Source: Bacteroidota bacterium (GTDB lineage Bacteria > Bacteroidota > Bacteroidia > Bacteroidales > JAIOZK01). Taken from it: a stretch of 64,000 bases of DNA. Numbering within the stretch: the first letter of the stretch is position 1; every line of letters starts with the position of its first letter. Position numbers and translations under genes: made by a program. The notes under the pieces are model-generated. The model was not told where the DNA came from. It worked only from the letters and a program-made list of their open reading frames with translations, and ran no database searches. Location: contig JAXHMP010000001.1 of the NCBI GenBank assembly GCA_034521425.1, positions 2,779,182-2,843,181 on the forward strand. The letters are read 5' to 3'. Below, in pieces: positions 1 to 7,748 of the stretch.

Positions 1-2
1 TG

Positions 3-110
3 GAAAACAAGCTTATAGCATATAACAGATCTTTGTTAAACAAACTTAAATCAAATGATCAGTGGCATGATGACTACATTGCCCGAGAAGATGAACCAAT
101 TTATGATTAA
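3..110 (+). CDS. 3' end of an upstream ORF (partial, hypothetical)
   Basis: Open frame from the window edge (..ENKLIAYNRSLLNKLKSNDQWHDDYIAREDEPIYD*) ending TAA at 108-110. No family recognised. Confidence 0.25.
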   Translation, partial: ENKLIAYNRSLLNKLKSNDQWHDDYIAREDEPIYD

Positions 111-245
111 TACCATACAATCATACAATCATACAATCATACAATCAACCAACCATACAATCCCGTCTCACCTCAGGCGAGACGAGGATCCTCGACTACA
201 AGTCGGGACCATACAATCATAAAACCATACAATCATTCAATAGCA
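111..245. repeat. CATACAAT-type STR flanking a ~48-bp double hairpin
   Basis: catacaat units on both sides of cccgtctcacctcaggcgagacgaggatcctcgactacaagtcgggacc (cgtctc/gagacg and ctcgact/agtcggg stems). Near-identical module at 8568-8690. Confidence 0.8.
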
Positions 246-247
246 CC

Positions 248-2032
248 GTGACCCTAGACCAAGCCATCGTCATCCTCGTCATCCTCTTCATCATCCTCTC
301 CCTCTATTTCAACTGGGTGGGGCCGGGATTTACGTTTACCATCGGCGTGATCGTGCTGGGGATCTTCGGGGTGCTGACACCGGGGGAGATCCTGAGCGGT
401 TTCTCCAACGAACAGATCGCCGTGATCGTGATCCTGTTAATTATTGGTGATACCATCCGGCGATCGGCCATGCTGGATGCGGTTTTCGGGAAATATTTCA
501 AAGACAGGCTCTCCTTCAGGTCCTATCTCTTCAGGATGACCACCCTGGTAGCCGGCTTCTCTGCTTTCCTCAACAACACCCCCCTGGTGGCCATCCTCAT
601 GCCCAATGTGCATGCCTGGGGAAAAAAGAACAATATTTCACCATCGAAACTACTGATACCCCTGTCCTTTGCAGCCATACTGGGCGGATGCCTCACCCTC
701 ATCGGCACCTCCACCAACTTGGTGGTAAACGGACTGGTAGCCGAGCAGGATATCTTCCCGGAATTCAAGTCGCTGAACATTTTTGATTTTACCTGGGTGG
801 GACTGCCCATGGCTGTGATCGGCATCCTCTACCTGATCCTTTTCAGCAACAAACTCCTGCCCGACAAAGAAGACGTGCTGGAAGACTTCTCCAAAAAACA
901 ACGCGAATACATGGTGGAAGTGAGGGTGAAGTCCTCATCCAAACTTTCGGGTAAAAGCATCGAAGAAGCCGGATTGCGGAACCTGCCCGGCCTCTTCCTG
1001 GTGGAGATCCGCAGGAACGAGCTGACCCTGCCGGCAGTTTCGCCCTACACGAAGATCTTTGAAAATGATGTGATGTATTTCGCCGGGGAAACCGAAACCA
1101 TTGCCGAACTGGTAAGAGAAAAAAACGGACTGCAGCTTTCACAAATGGGCATGTATGCTAAAAAAGATCATACCGAACTTTTGGAAGTGGTGGTATCTTA
1201 CAACTCCACCCTCGTCGGCAAGGTCGTGCGGGAATCCAACTTCCGGGCCCGTTTTGATGCGGCCATCATTGCCATCCACCGCAACGGGGAAAAGATCAGC
1301 GGCAAGATCGGGGATGTGAAGCTCATGGCCGGGGATGTTTTATTGCTGTTAGCCGGGGATGATTTCAAAAACCATTACAAAGAAACCAACGAATTTTACC
1401 TGATCAGCAAGGTGAAGGAATTCAACAAACCCAATGTGTTCAACAATTACTTTTTGATCGGGGGCACCATTCTGGCCATCCTGGTGGCTGCCTTCAAGCT
1501 CACCAGCCTCTTCATCTCCCTCACCATATTGCTGTCGCTCATCATGATATTGAAGATCAATTCACCCAAAAATATTGCCCGCAGCATCGACTTCAACCTC
1601 ATCATCGTGATCGCTCTGGCCCTGGCCCTGGGCACGGCCATGATCAAGACCGGCGTGGCGGCCGACCTGGCCCATTTTACCTTTGGTGTGCTGAAACCTT
1701 TCGGCATCATCGGCATCATGGCAGGGGTATACCTCATCACCACCCTGCTGGGCGCCCTGGTCACCAACAAAGCCGCCGTGGCCCTCATCCTGCCGGTGGC
1801 CCTCACCCTGGCCCTGGAAATAGGAGCCGACCCGCGCCCCTTTGCCCTGCTGGTCGCCTTCGCCGGCGCCGCCAGCTTCCTCACCCCCATCGGCTACCAG
1901 ACCAACCTCATGGTCTACGGCCCGGGAGGCTACAACTTCAAAGACTTCCTGCGCATCGGAACACCGCTCACCCTGATTTATTTGGTGGGGACGGTTTTGA
2001 TTCTGGTTTGGCAGTTTGGGCTGCATCTGTGA
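248..2032 (+). CDS. SLC13/DASS-family permease with two central TrkA-C (RCK_C) domains; possible sulfate/anion symporter
   Basis: 594-aa intact ORF (GTG start). Hydrophobic N- and C-terminal halves around two TrkA-C-like segments (VRVKSSSKLSGKSIEEAGLR.., VVVSYNSTLVGKVVRESNFRARFDAAIIAIHRNGE..). Lies next to cysC. GC-rich codon usage. Confidence 0.85.
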   Translation: MTLDQAIVILVILFIILSLYFNWVGPGFTFTIGVIVLGIFGVLTPGEILSGFSNEQIAVIVILLIIGDTIRRSAMLDAVFGKYFKDRLSFRSYLFRMTTLVAGFSAFLNNTPLVAILMPNVHAWGKKNNISPSKLLIPLSFAAILGGCLTLIGTSTNLVVNGLVAEQDIFPEFKSLNIFDFTWVGLPMAVIGILYLILFSNKLLPDKEDVLEDFSKKQREYMVEVRVKSSSKLSGKSIEEAGLRNLPGLFLVEIRRNELTLPAVSPYTKIFENDVMYFAGETETIAELVREKNGLQLSQMGMYAKKDHTELLEVVVSYNSTLVGKVVRESNFRARFDAAIIAIHRNGEKISGKIGDVKLMAGDVLLLLAGDDFKNHYKETNEFYLISKVKEFNKPNVFNNYFLIGGTILAILVAAFKLTSLFISLTILLSLIMILKINSPKNIARSIDFNLIIVIALALALGTAMIKTGVAADLAHFTFGVLKPFGIIGIMAGVYLITTLLGALVTNKAAVALILPVALTLALEIGADPRPFALLVAFAGAASFLTPIGYQTNLMVYGPGGYNFKDFLRIGTPLTLIYLVGTVLILVWQFGLHL

Positions 2033-2033
2033 T

Positions 2034-2134
2034 GATTTCGGATTCTGGATTTCGGATTTCGGATTGGCCTTTGCTTAAGTTACTGATTTTATCTAATACC
2101 TTAGTGTCACCCTGAGCGAAGTCGAAGGGTCGGG
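2034..2134. repeat. Left arm of ~100-bp inverted repeat (GGATTTC STR + gtcaccctgagcgaagtcgaagggtcgg)
   Basis: The reverse complement of 2603-2704 aligns with this arm along its length: GGATTYCGG units, ggattggccYttgcttaa.., ttagtcaccctgagcgaagtcgaagggtcgg. Confidence 0.85.
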
Positions 2135-2190
2135 TTTCGGATTTCGGATTTTTATACATAGCAACTTAGCAAGCATAGCACCTAGAAAAC

Positions 2191-2580
2191 ATGAAAATAA
2201 ATAATTTTGAAGATTTGGAGGTCTGGCAGTTAGCCAGGGATTTAAGCAAAACAATTTATAAATATTCCTCATCAAGCCCCTTTAATAAAGATTTTAGATT
2301 CAGAAGTCAAATTTTAAGTTCATCGGGATCGATAATGGATAATATTGCGGAAGGTTTTGAAAGGGATGGCAACAAAGAGTTCATTCAATTCTTAAGCATA
2401 TCGAAAGGCTCTTGCGGTGAAACCCGTTCCCAAAGCTACAGAGCTTTCGATTTTAAATATATTAATCAGGATCAACTCAACGAACTCCTTACGAAAACAA
2501 AACAATTAAGCAATTCTCTGGGAGGGTTTATTAAGTATCTAAAAAGCAGCGAAATAAAAGGAAAAAAATTTAAAAATTAA
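2191..2580 (+). CDS. Four-helix-bundle protein (23S rRNA intervening-sequence protein family, PF05635/TIGR02436-like)
   Basis: 129-aa intact ORF with family hallmarks (FEDLEVWQLARDL.., IMDNIAEGFER.., ISKGSCGETRSQ). Sits in the loop between inverted arms 2034-2134 and 2603-2704. Confidence 0.85.
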   Translation: MKINNFEDLEVWQLARDLSKTIYKYSSSSPFNKDFRFRSQILSSSGSIMDNIAEGFERDGNKEFIQFLSISKGSCGETRSQSYRAFDFKYINQDQLNELLTKTKQLSNSLGGFIKYLKSSEIKGKKFKN

Positions 2581-2602
2581 ACTAAGTTACAATTTGCGAT
2601 GA

Positions 2603-2704
2603 GCCAATCCGACCCTTCGACTTCGCTCAGGGTGACTAAGGAGTAAGTTAAATTTAGTAATTTAAGCAAGGGCCAATCCGGAATTCGGAATCCGGAATCC
2701 GAAA
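2603..2704. repeat. Right arm of the inverted repeat around the four-helix-bundle ORF
   Basis: ccaatccgacccttcgacttcgctcagggtgactaagg...ggccaatccggaattcggaatccggaatccgaaac is the reverse complement of the left arm. Confidence 0.85.
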
Positions 2705-2739
2705 CATCAAATAAAGTTTACCTCACGATTCACAAACAT

Positions 2740-3341
2740 ATGAGTAAGCCAACAAACATCCACCCCGTATTCCACCAGATCCTCACCCGCGCCGACAAGG
2801 AGAAGTTCCTCAGGCAGCGCTCCTGTGTGATCTGGATGACGGGGCTGAGCGGCAGCGGCAAAACCACCATTGCCCGCCACATCGAAATTGAACTGAACAA
2901 AAGAGGTCACCTCACCCAGGTGCTCGACGGCGACAACATCCGCACCGGCATCAACAACAACCTGGGCTTTACCGAGGAGGACCGCATCGAGAACATCCGG
3001 CGCATCGCCGAAGTCTCCAAACTCTTCGTCGACTGCGGGGTGATCTGCATCAACAGCTTCATCAGTCCTACGAAGGAGATCCGACACCTGGCCATGGACA
3101 TCATCGGCAGGGAAGACTTCATCGAGGTATTCGTAAACGCCCCCTGGAAGTCTGCGAGCAGCGTGATGTAAAAGGCCTGTACAAAAAAGCCCGGGAAGGG
3201 AAAATTAAGAATTTTACGGGCATTGACGCCCCCTTCGAAAAACCCGAAAAAGCACAAATCGAACTCCTGACCGGAAAACAAAGCATCGCAGAAAGCATGG
3301 AAGTGGCCCTGGAATACATCATTCCACGGGTGACTTATTGA
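2740..3341 (+). pseudogene. cysC: Adenylyl-sulfate (APS) kinase with one apparent frameshift
   Basis: P-loop GLSGSGKTT plus LDGDNIR, FISP motifs. The frame breaks at a C5 run (3140-3144). With one more C the ORF reads ..[40 protein letters not shown] ending at 3341. This could be a sequencing error or a recombination scar. Confidence 0.85.
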
Positions 3342-3586
3342 ATTCCTGTCTGCCGACAGGCAGGAATCCCGATGAGGCCGAATCGGGACAACAACACAAA
3401 ACAACAAACCAATTAGATCAATTAGATTAATTCGATGACAAAAAAATCCGATGATCATCATCTAATTCAACGAATTAAACGCCGCACACATCGTAATGAA
3501 ATGAAGATAGGGAATGAATGATTGGATGGATGGATGGATGGATGAATGGATGGATGGATGAATGAATGGATGGATGAATGAATGAA
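3338..3586. repeat. Composite spacer module, copy 1 (hairpins + AACAAAC + 'aattagatcaattagattaattcgatgac' block + GGATGRATG STR)
   Basis: Direct repeat of 4542-4873: ttgaattcctgtctgccgacaggcaggaatcccgatgaggccgaatcgggac...cgaattaaacgcc...ggatggatgaatg array. Confidence 0.85.
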
Positions 3587-3652
3587 AAAGTGCCTAACAA
3601 TCACACAATCCCGGGCTGATCATTTTTATTATCTTTGAATAAAGCCTTAGAA

Positions 3653-3914
3653 ATGAAAACCATAAAATACATAGTTTATAAAGATGGAAAACACTACGTT
3701 TCGCAAAGCTTAAACGTGGATATTTCAAGTTTCGGGAATACGATTGAAGAAGCAACATGAATTCTACTTTAAAAGCCAAAGAGGAAGCCATCAAAAATAT
3801 GTGAACAACAGCAAAACTGTGATTGTTCCCGCAAACAAAAAAGAGATACCCCTTGGCACATTGAATTCAATCAGCCGAAGTACAGACCATACCGACTTGC
3901 AAAAACACAAATAA
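3653..3914 (+). pseudogene. HicB/HicA-like toxin-antitoxin remnant
   Basis: MKTIKYIVYKDGKHYVSQSLNVDISSFGNTIEEAT* is HicB-N-like. It is followed by FYFKSQRGSHQKYVNNSKTVIVPANKKEIPLGTLNSISR (HicA-like core). Both parts are truncated or fused. Confidence 0.4.
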
Positions 3915-3927
3915 CTTATTAACTTTG
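3897..3927 (+). promoter_or_regulatory. Bacteroidetes-type promoter (TTG - 20 nt - TAACTTTG)
   Basis: TTG at 3897-3899 and TAACTTTG at 3920-3927, about 37 nt upstream of the DUF4160 start. The same TAACTTTG module occurs before three other cassettes. Confidence 0.5.
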
Positions 3928-3963
3928 TTAAAAGCAGATGTTTTAATAAATTACTTAAAAACT

Positions 3964-4200
3964 ATGCCTGAGATTTTTCGGAAATTTGGATTTGTTTTTT
4001 TCTTTTACTCAAATGAAGGACAAGAACCCATGCATGTGCATGTGAGAAAGGCTGGTGGTTTTGCAAAATTCTGGATCGAACCGATAGAACTGGAATTTTC
4101 CCAGGGAATGAAAGTTGGGGATATTAAAAAGGCTGAAGAACTCGTTTACGAGTATACAGAACTTATAAAAGATAAGTGGAATGAAGTACATGGTAGCTGA
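3964..4200 (+). CDS. DUF4160-family small protein
   Basis: MPEIFRKFGFVFFFYSNEGQEPMHVHVRKAGGFAKFWIEP.. matches the DUF4160 pattern. Overlaps its DUF2442 partner. The ORF-track start at 3925 is probably too early. Confidence 0.7.
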   Translation: MPEIFRKFGFVFFFYSNEGQEPMHVHVRKAGGFAKFWIEPIELEFSQGMKVGDIKKAEELVYEYTELIKDKWNEVHGS

Positions 4201-4435
4201 ACTAATGTTTAAGGCAGTGGAAGCCTGGTATGAAAAGGGTAAAATATGTATCATGTTATCTGATAATAAAGAAATCAGGTTTCCGGTTACTTTAAATAAA
4301 GAATTACGAAATGCTCCTGTTGATAAGCTGGCAAATATTGAATTAATTTGTGATGGTACAGGACTGCATTGGCCTGATCTGGATGAGGATTTATCAGTTA
4401 CGGGAATAATTGAAGGAAGATATGGCAAAGCTTGA
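4181..4435 (+). CDS. DUF2442-family small protein (partner of DUF4160)
   Basis: ..GLHWPDLDEDLSVTGIIEG.. is the typical DUF2442 C-terminus. Overlapping gene pair. Confidence 0.7.
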   Translation: MKYMVAELMFKAVEAWYEKGKICIMLSDNKEIRFPVTLNKELRNAPVDKLANIELICDGTGLHWPDLDEDLSVTGIIEGRYGKA

Positions 4436-4541
4436 GGCTGTCTTTTATTCTTAAACCTGTTCAGTGTTCAGGCACAACACCAAATTCAATGAAACCCGTC
4501 TTTCAGAAGACGACGCCAGGAGGTGAACTGAAAGTCGTTGG

Positions 4542-4873
4542 TTGAATTCCTGTCTGCCGACAGGCAGGAATCCCGATGAGGCCGAATCGGGACAACAACA
4601 CAAAACAACAAACCAATTAGATCAATTAGATTAATTAGATGACAAAAAAATCCGATGATCATCATCTAATTCAACGAATTAAACGCCACACCAATCCTAA
4701 TGAAATGAAGATAGGGAATGAATGATTGGATGGATGAATGAATGGATGAATGATTGGATGGATGAATGAATGGATGAATGATTGGATGAATGGATGGATG
4801 GATGGATGATTGGATGAATGGATGGATGGATGGATGATTGGATGAATGGATGGATGGATGGATGAATGGATGA
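4542..4873. repeat. Composite spacer module, copy 2 (longer GGATGRATG STR)
   Basis: Same module as 3338-3586, with a ~160-bp ggatgaatg/ggatggatg array at 4716-4873. Confidence 0.85.
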
Positions 4874-4880
4874 AGGGACT

Positions 4881-5250
4881 AAATTAATTTGAAAATGAGA
4901 AAATTTGAAAATTTGAAAATTAAAACCGCTACGCGGGAAATTCACCAATACCGCTTATCGTGGAAATAAGACATAAGCTTTTGGAAATAGATTTCAATAA
5001 CCAGGGTGTTTTTGCGGTGTAGAAAACGAACAACATGTTGGGTAGTTTTGTAGCCTAAGCGCCTAAATTAATTTGAAAATTTGAAAATGAGAAAATTTGA
5101 AAATTAAAACCGCTACGCGGGAAATTCACCAATACCGCTTATCGTGGAAATAAGACATAAGCTTTTGGAAGTAGATTTCAATAACCAGGGTGTTTTTGCG
5201 GTGTAAAAAACGAACAACATGTTGGGTAGTTTTGTAGCCTAAGCGCCTAA
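4881..5250. repeat. Tandem duplication of a ~185-bp unit
   Basis: 4881-5064 and 5065-5250 are near-identical (aaattaatttgaaaat..accgctacgcgggaaattcaccaataccgcttatcgtgg..tagcctaagcgcctaa). No convincing ORF. Confidence 0.85.
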
Positions 5251-5448
5251 TTATACAAACATACAGTATAGCCCCAACACAAAACATTTACACTGAGTCA
5301 TTCGACAGGCTCATGATAAACTCTGCCGAAGTGACAAACAAATTAGATCAATTAGATTAATTCGATCAATTCGATGATAAAAATCATCTGATGACAAAAA
5401 AAACTGATTAATGTTTAGTGTCTTTAACTTAAGATGAATACCAAACAC

Positions 5449-5479
5449 TTGCAAACACACATTTTACACATTAACTTTG
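5449..5479 (+). promoter_or_regulatory. Portable promoter module (TTG - 20 nt - TAACTTTG)
   Basis: gatgaataccaaacacTTGcaaacacacattttacacatTAACTTTGtaatgaattaaaaa. Near-identical to the 6875-6905 module upstream of an unrelated cassette. Confidence 0.55.
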
Positions 5480-5502
5480 TAATGAATTAAAAATAACTGA
5501 AA

Positions 5503-5709
5503 ATGTTTGATTTATCCATATTACCGAAAAAAGCTCAGGATGAGTTATTTTCTTATTATCAATACCTGGTTGAGAAGTATAGTCGTAAAAAATCAACCAA
5601 TATTCATAAGGAGAAGTCAAGAATAAAAGAAATAAACTCCTTTTTCGACAAGTATAACCTTGATTTCAAAGGATTTTCATTTAACAGGGACGAAATTTAT
5701 GAATCCTGA
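5503..5709 (+). CDS. Putative antitoxin of PIN toxin
   Basis: 68-aa ORF overlapping the PIN gene by 11 nt. No family recognised. Confidence 0.5.
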   Translation: MFDLSILPKKAQDELFSYYQYLVEKYSRKKSTNIHKEKSRIKEINSFFDKYNLDFKGFSFNRDEIYES

Positions 5710-6103
5710 AATTACTATTGACAGCAATGTTCTTGTTTATGCCTTTAGCAGCCAGGACAATACAAAAAAGTCAATTTCGAAAAAGATATTATCGGATTGT
5801 GTAAAGATTAGCATACAGTCTATTAATGAAACATTGTATGTTCTGTATCGAAAGTTTGATTTCAAAGCAGGAGAATTACTCAAAATACATAAGTTTTTTG
5901 AAGAAACATTTATCATAAAAAATCTGGACATTACAACAATTACAAAAGGTTTGGAAATTTTAAACACTTACAACTATAGTTACTGGGACAGTATGATGCT
6001 TGCTGCTGCAATTGAGTGTGATTGTAAAATCATATACTCGGAAGATATGCATCACAAACACCTCATCGAAGAAAAACTGGAGATAATAAATCCGTTCATT
6101 TGA
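5699..6103 (+). CDS. PIN-domain (VapC-like) ribonuclease toxin
   Basis: MNPEITIDSNVLVYAF (N-terminal acidic D) and ..YWDSMMLAAAIECDCKIIYSEDM.. (C-terminal acidic residues). Typical size and operon position. Confidence 0.7.
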   Translation: MNPEITIDSNVLVYAFSSQDNTKKSISKKILSDCVKISIQSINETLYVLYRKFDFKAGELLKIHKFFEETFIIKNLDITTITKGLEILNTYNYSYWDSMMLAAAIECDCKIIYSEDMHHKHLIEEKLEIINPFI

Positions 6104-6150
6104 ATGTAATTATTGGGTATTCAGCCTAATCCAAAACCCAACAATTTATA

Positions 6151-6290
6151 CTGAGTCTGCCGAAGGGCCTGTCCTGAGCCTGCCGAAGGGCCTGTCCTGA
6201 GCCTGCCGAAGGGCCTGTCCTGAGCCTGCCGAAGGGCCTGTCCTGAGCCTGCCGAAGGGCTCATGATAAACTTTGCCGAAGTAACAAACA
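6151..6290. repeat. 21-bp tandem repeat ctgagcctgccgaagggcctgtc (x5) ending in ..gctcatgataaactttgccgaagtaac
   Basis: Five head-to-tail copies. Shorter versions at 5285-5335, 14928-14965 and 24270-24335. Confidence 0.9.
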
Positions 6291-6648
6291 ACAAACACAG
6301 AAGCCGAAGACACATTCAAAACCAATGATAACTTTGCGACTCTGCGTGAAATAATTCGTGTAAATCCCTGCCTGCCGGTAGGCACGGTGTGTAATTCCCC
6401 GCTTATTGCGGGACAGGCGTGGACAAAAAATTAGATCAATTAGATTAATTCGATGACAAAAAAATCATCCGATGATCCATCATCTAATTTATCGAATTAA
6501 ACCCTGTGTAATTGTCGATATCATAGATCAAGTTGAATAGTTCAGGATTTATTACACAGGGTAAACGAATTAAACGCCGTGGCCGTCATAATGAATGGAA
6601 GAAAGGAAATATTTCACGCAAAGCCGCAAAGACGCGAAGTTTTGACGG

Positions 6649-6817
6649 AATGAACTACCCCGAGGCAAGCCTGCGGGGTATCATTATGAAACATTCATTT
6701 GATTCGCCCCAAGGGGCGGGGAATATTACCCACGAGATCCCTCGACAAGCTCGGGATCAGTTCGACTTTGCTTTTTCAGTTCGCTATCGCTCCTAAAAAA
6801 TCAGTCTCACTGATTTA
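6649..6817. mobile_element. 169-bp MITE, copy 1 (IS3-family derivative)
   Basis: aatgaactaccccgaggcaagcctgcggggtatcattatg...cagtctcactgattta. Copies also at 54156-54324 and 63114-63282. Its ends resemble those of the IS3-family element at 44970-46197. Confidence 0.75.
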
Positions 6818-6874
6818 ACGCCGCACCCGTCGTAATGAAATGTAGATAGGTAAAAACTGATGAATACCAAACAC

Positions 6875-6905
6875 TTGCAAACACACATTTTACACATTAA
6901 CTTTG
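6875..6905 (+). promoter_or_regulatory. Portable promoter module (TTG - 20 nt - TAACTTTG)
   Basis: Same ~70-bp leader as 5425-5502, here upstream of the UPF0175 gene. Confidence 0.55.
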
Positions 6906-6931
6906 TATTGAATTAAAAACAACTGAAAACA

Positions 6932-7183
6932 ATGAGTTACCGAATAACATTAGAAATACCGGATAGAGCTTTTTCCGTCTTGCGTGATAATCCGAATAAA
7001 TTTGCAAGAGAGTTATTGGAAGCAGCTTTATGTAAATGGTATGAGCAGGGTAAAATATCCCAATCTAAAGCTAGCGAAATTGCTGAAATCTCCAGGTACG
7101 AATTCCTTGAGATATTAAAAAAGCATGACGTAAATCCTTTTCAGTACACACCTTCCGACCTGGATGCAGAGATTAAACTTTAA
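6932..7183 (+). CDS. UPF0175-family antitoxin-like protein
   Basis: ..ELLEAALCKWYEQGKISQSKASEIAEISRYEFLEILKKH.. is the typical UPF0175 signature. Followed by a DUF3368 (PIN-like) gene. Confidence 0.7.
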   Translation: MSYRITLEIPDRAFSVLRDNPNKFARELLEAALCKWYEQGKISQSKASEIAEISRYEFLEILKKHDVNPFQYTPSDLDAEIKL

Positions 7184-7189
7184 CAAGGC

Positions 7190-7489
7190 ATGAAAATCAT
7201 ACTGAATGTCTTCTCCGGCAATCTTCCTGGCTAAAATCGAATTAATTGATTCGTTGCCAATGTTTTGTGATCAGCTTATCATTCCGGATGGTGTAATTAA
7301 TGAAATACAGAAACATCACGATGAAGCATCACGATGGCTTAAACAGAATGAATAATTTTAAAAATGCAACAGGCTAAATTAATCAATGACGCAACTGCCC
7401 CACTTACCAGGCTTCGTGAAAAAGGATTCAGAATAGATGATGCTTTATTTCAGCACGCTTTAAAAATAGCACATAACAACTTACACTGA
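7190..7489 (+). pseudogene. DUF3368 (PIN-like) toxin, decayed
   Basis: Starts MKIILNV.. and ends ..LREKGFRIDDALFQHALKIAH. Multiple stops and frameshifts in between. Confidence 0.55.
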
Positions 7490-7514
7490 ACACCAAACAC
7501 CAAACACCAAGCAC

Positions 7515-7748
7515 ATGCTAATATCAAAATTTTCAAAATACCTCTTCTGGTCATACCGGAAGAATGCCGACCTTCCTGAAGAAATTGTTATTCAACGGGT
7601 GTTGGCTTTTGGCGAGATAGCTGATTTGATTTTCTTAAATGATTTGGTTCCGGGAAGTAAGATTGAAGAGGTGCTGAAAAACTGGAAAGAAAAAGAGAAA
7701 TACAAGAGGCGGATTAACTTTTACAACAAAGTAATCAATCAGGCATGA
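7515..7748 (+). CDS. Small conserved protein upstream of AbiEii-type nucleotidyltransferase (antitoxin candidate)
   Basis: 77 aa with a 4-nt overlap onto the nucleotidyltransferase. A second related pair lies at 61825-62809. Confidence 0.5.
   Translation: MLISKFSKYLFWSYRKNADLPEEIVIQRVLAFGEIADLIFLNDLVPGSKIEEVLKNWKEKEKYKRRINFYNKVINQA

Noticed and set aside
304-2026. Antisense and out-of-frame ORFs inside the permease gene (304-2026, minus strand), and likewise inside gmd and fcl (51154-52284; 53235-53987)
   Set aside because: Shadow ORFs typical of GC-rich coding regions. The sense-strand genes have strong family signatures.
2191-2580. Diversity-generating retroelement, because the four-helix-bundle ORFs belong to the Avd fold family
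   Set aside because: No reverse transcriptase ORF anywhere in the window. I could not see a template/variable repeat pair with adenine-specific differences.
6533-6796. 87-aa ORF (and 8537-8767, 6121-6385 minus strand)
   Set aside because: These run through the MITE, STRs and 21-bp repeats. The same 'protein' segments reappear wherever the repeat occurs, in non-coding contexts.
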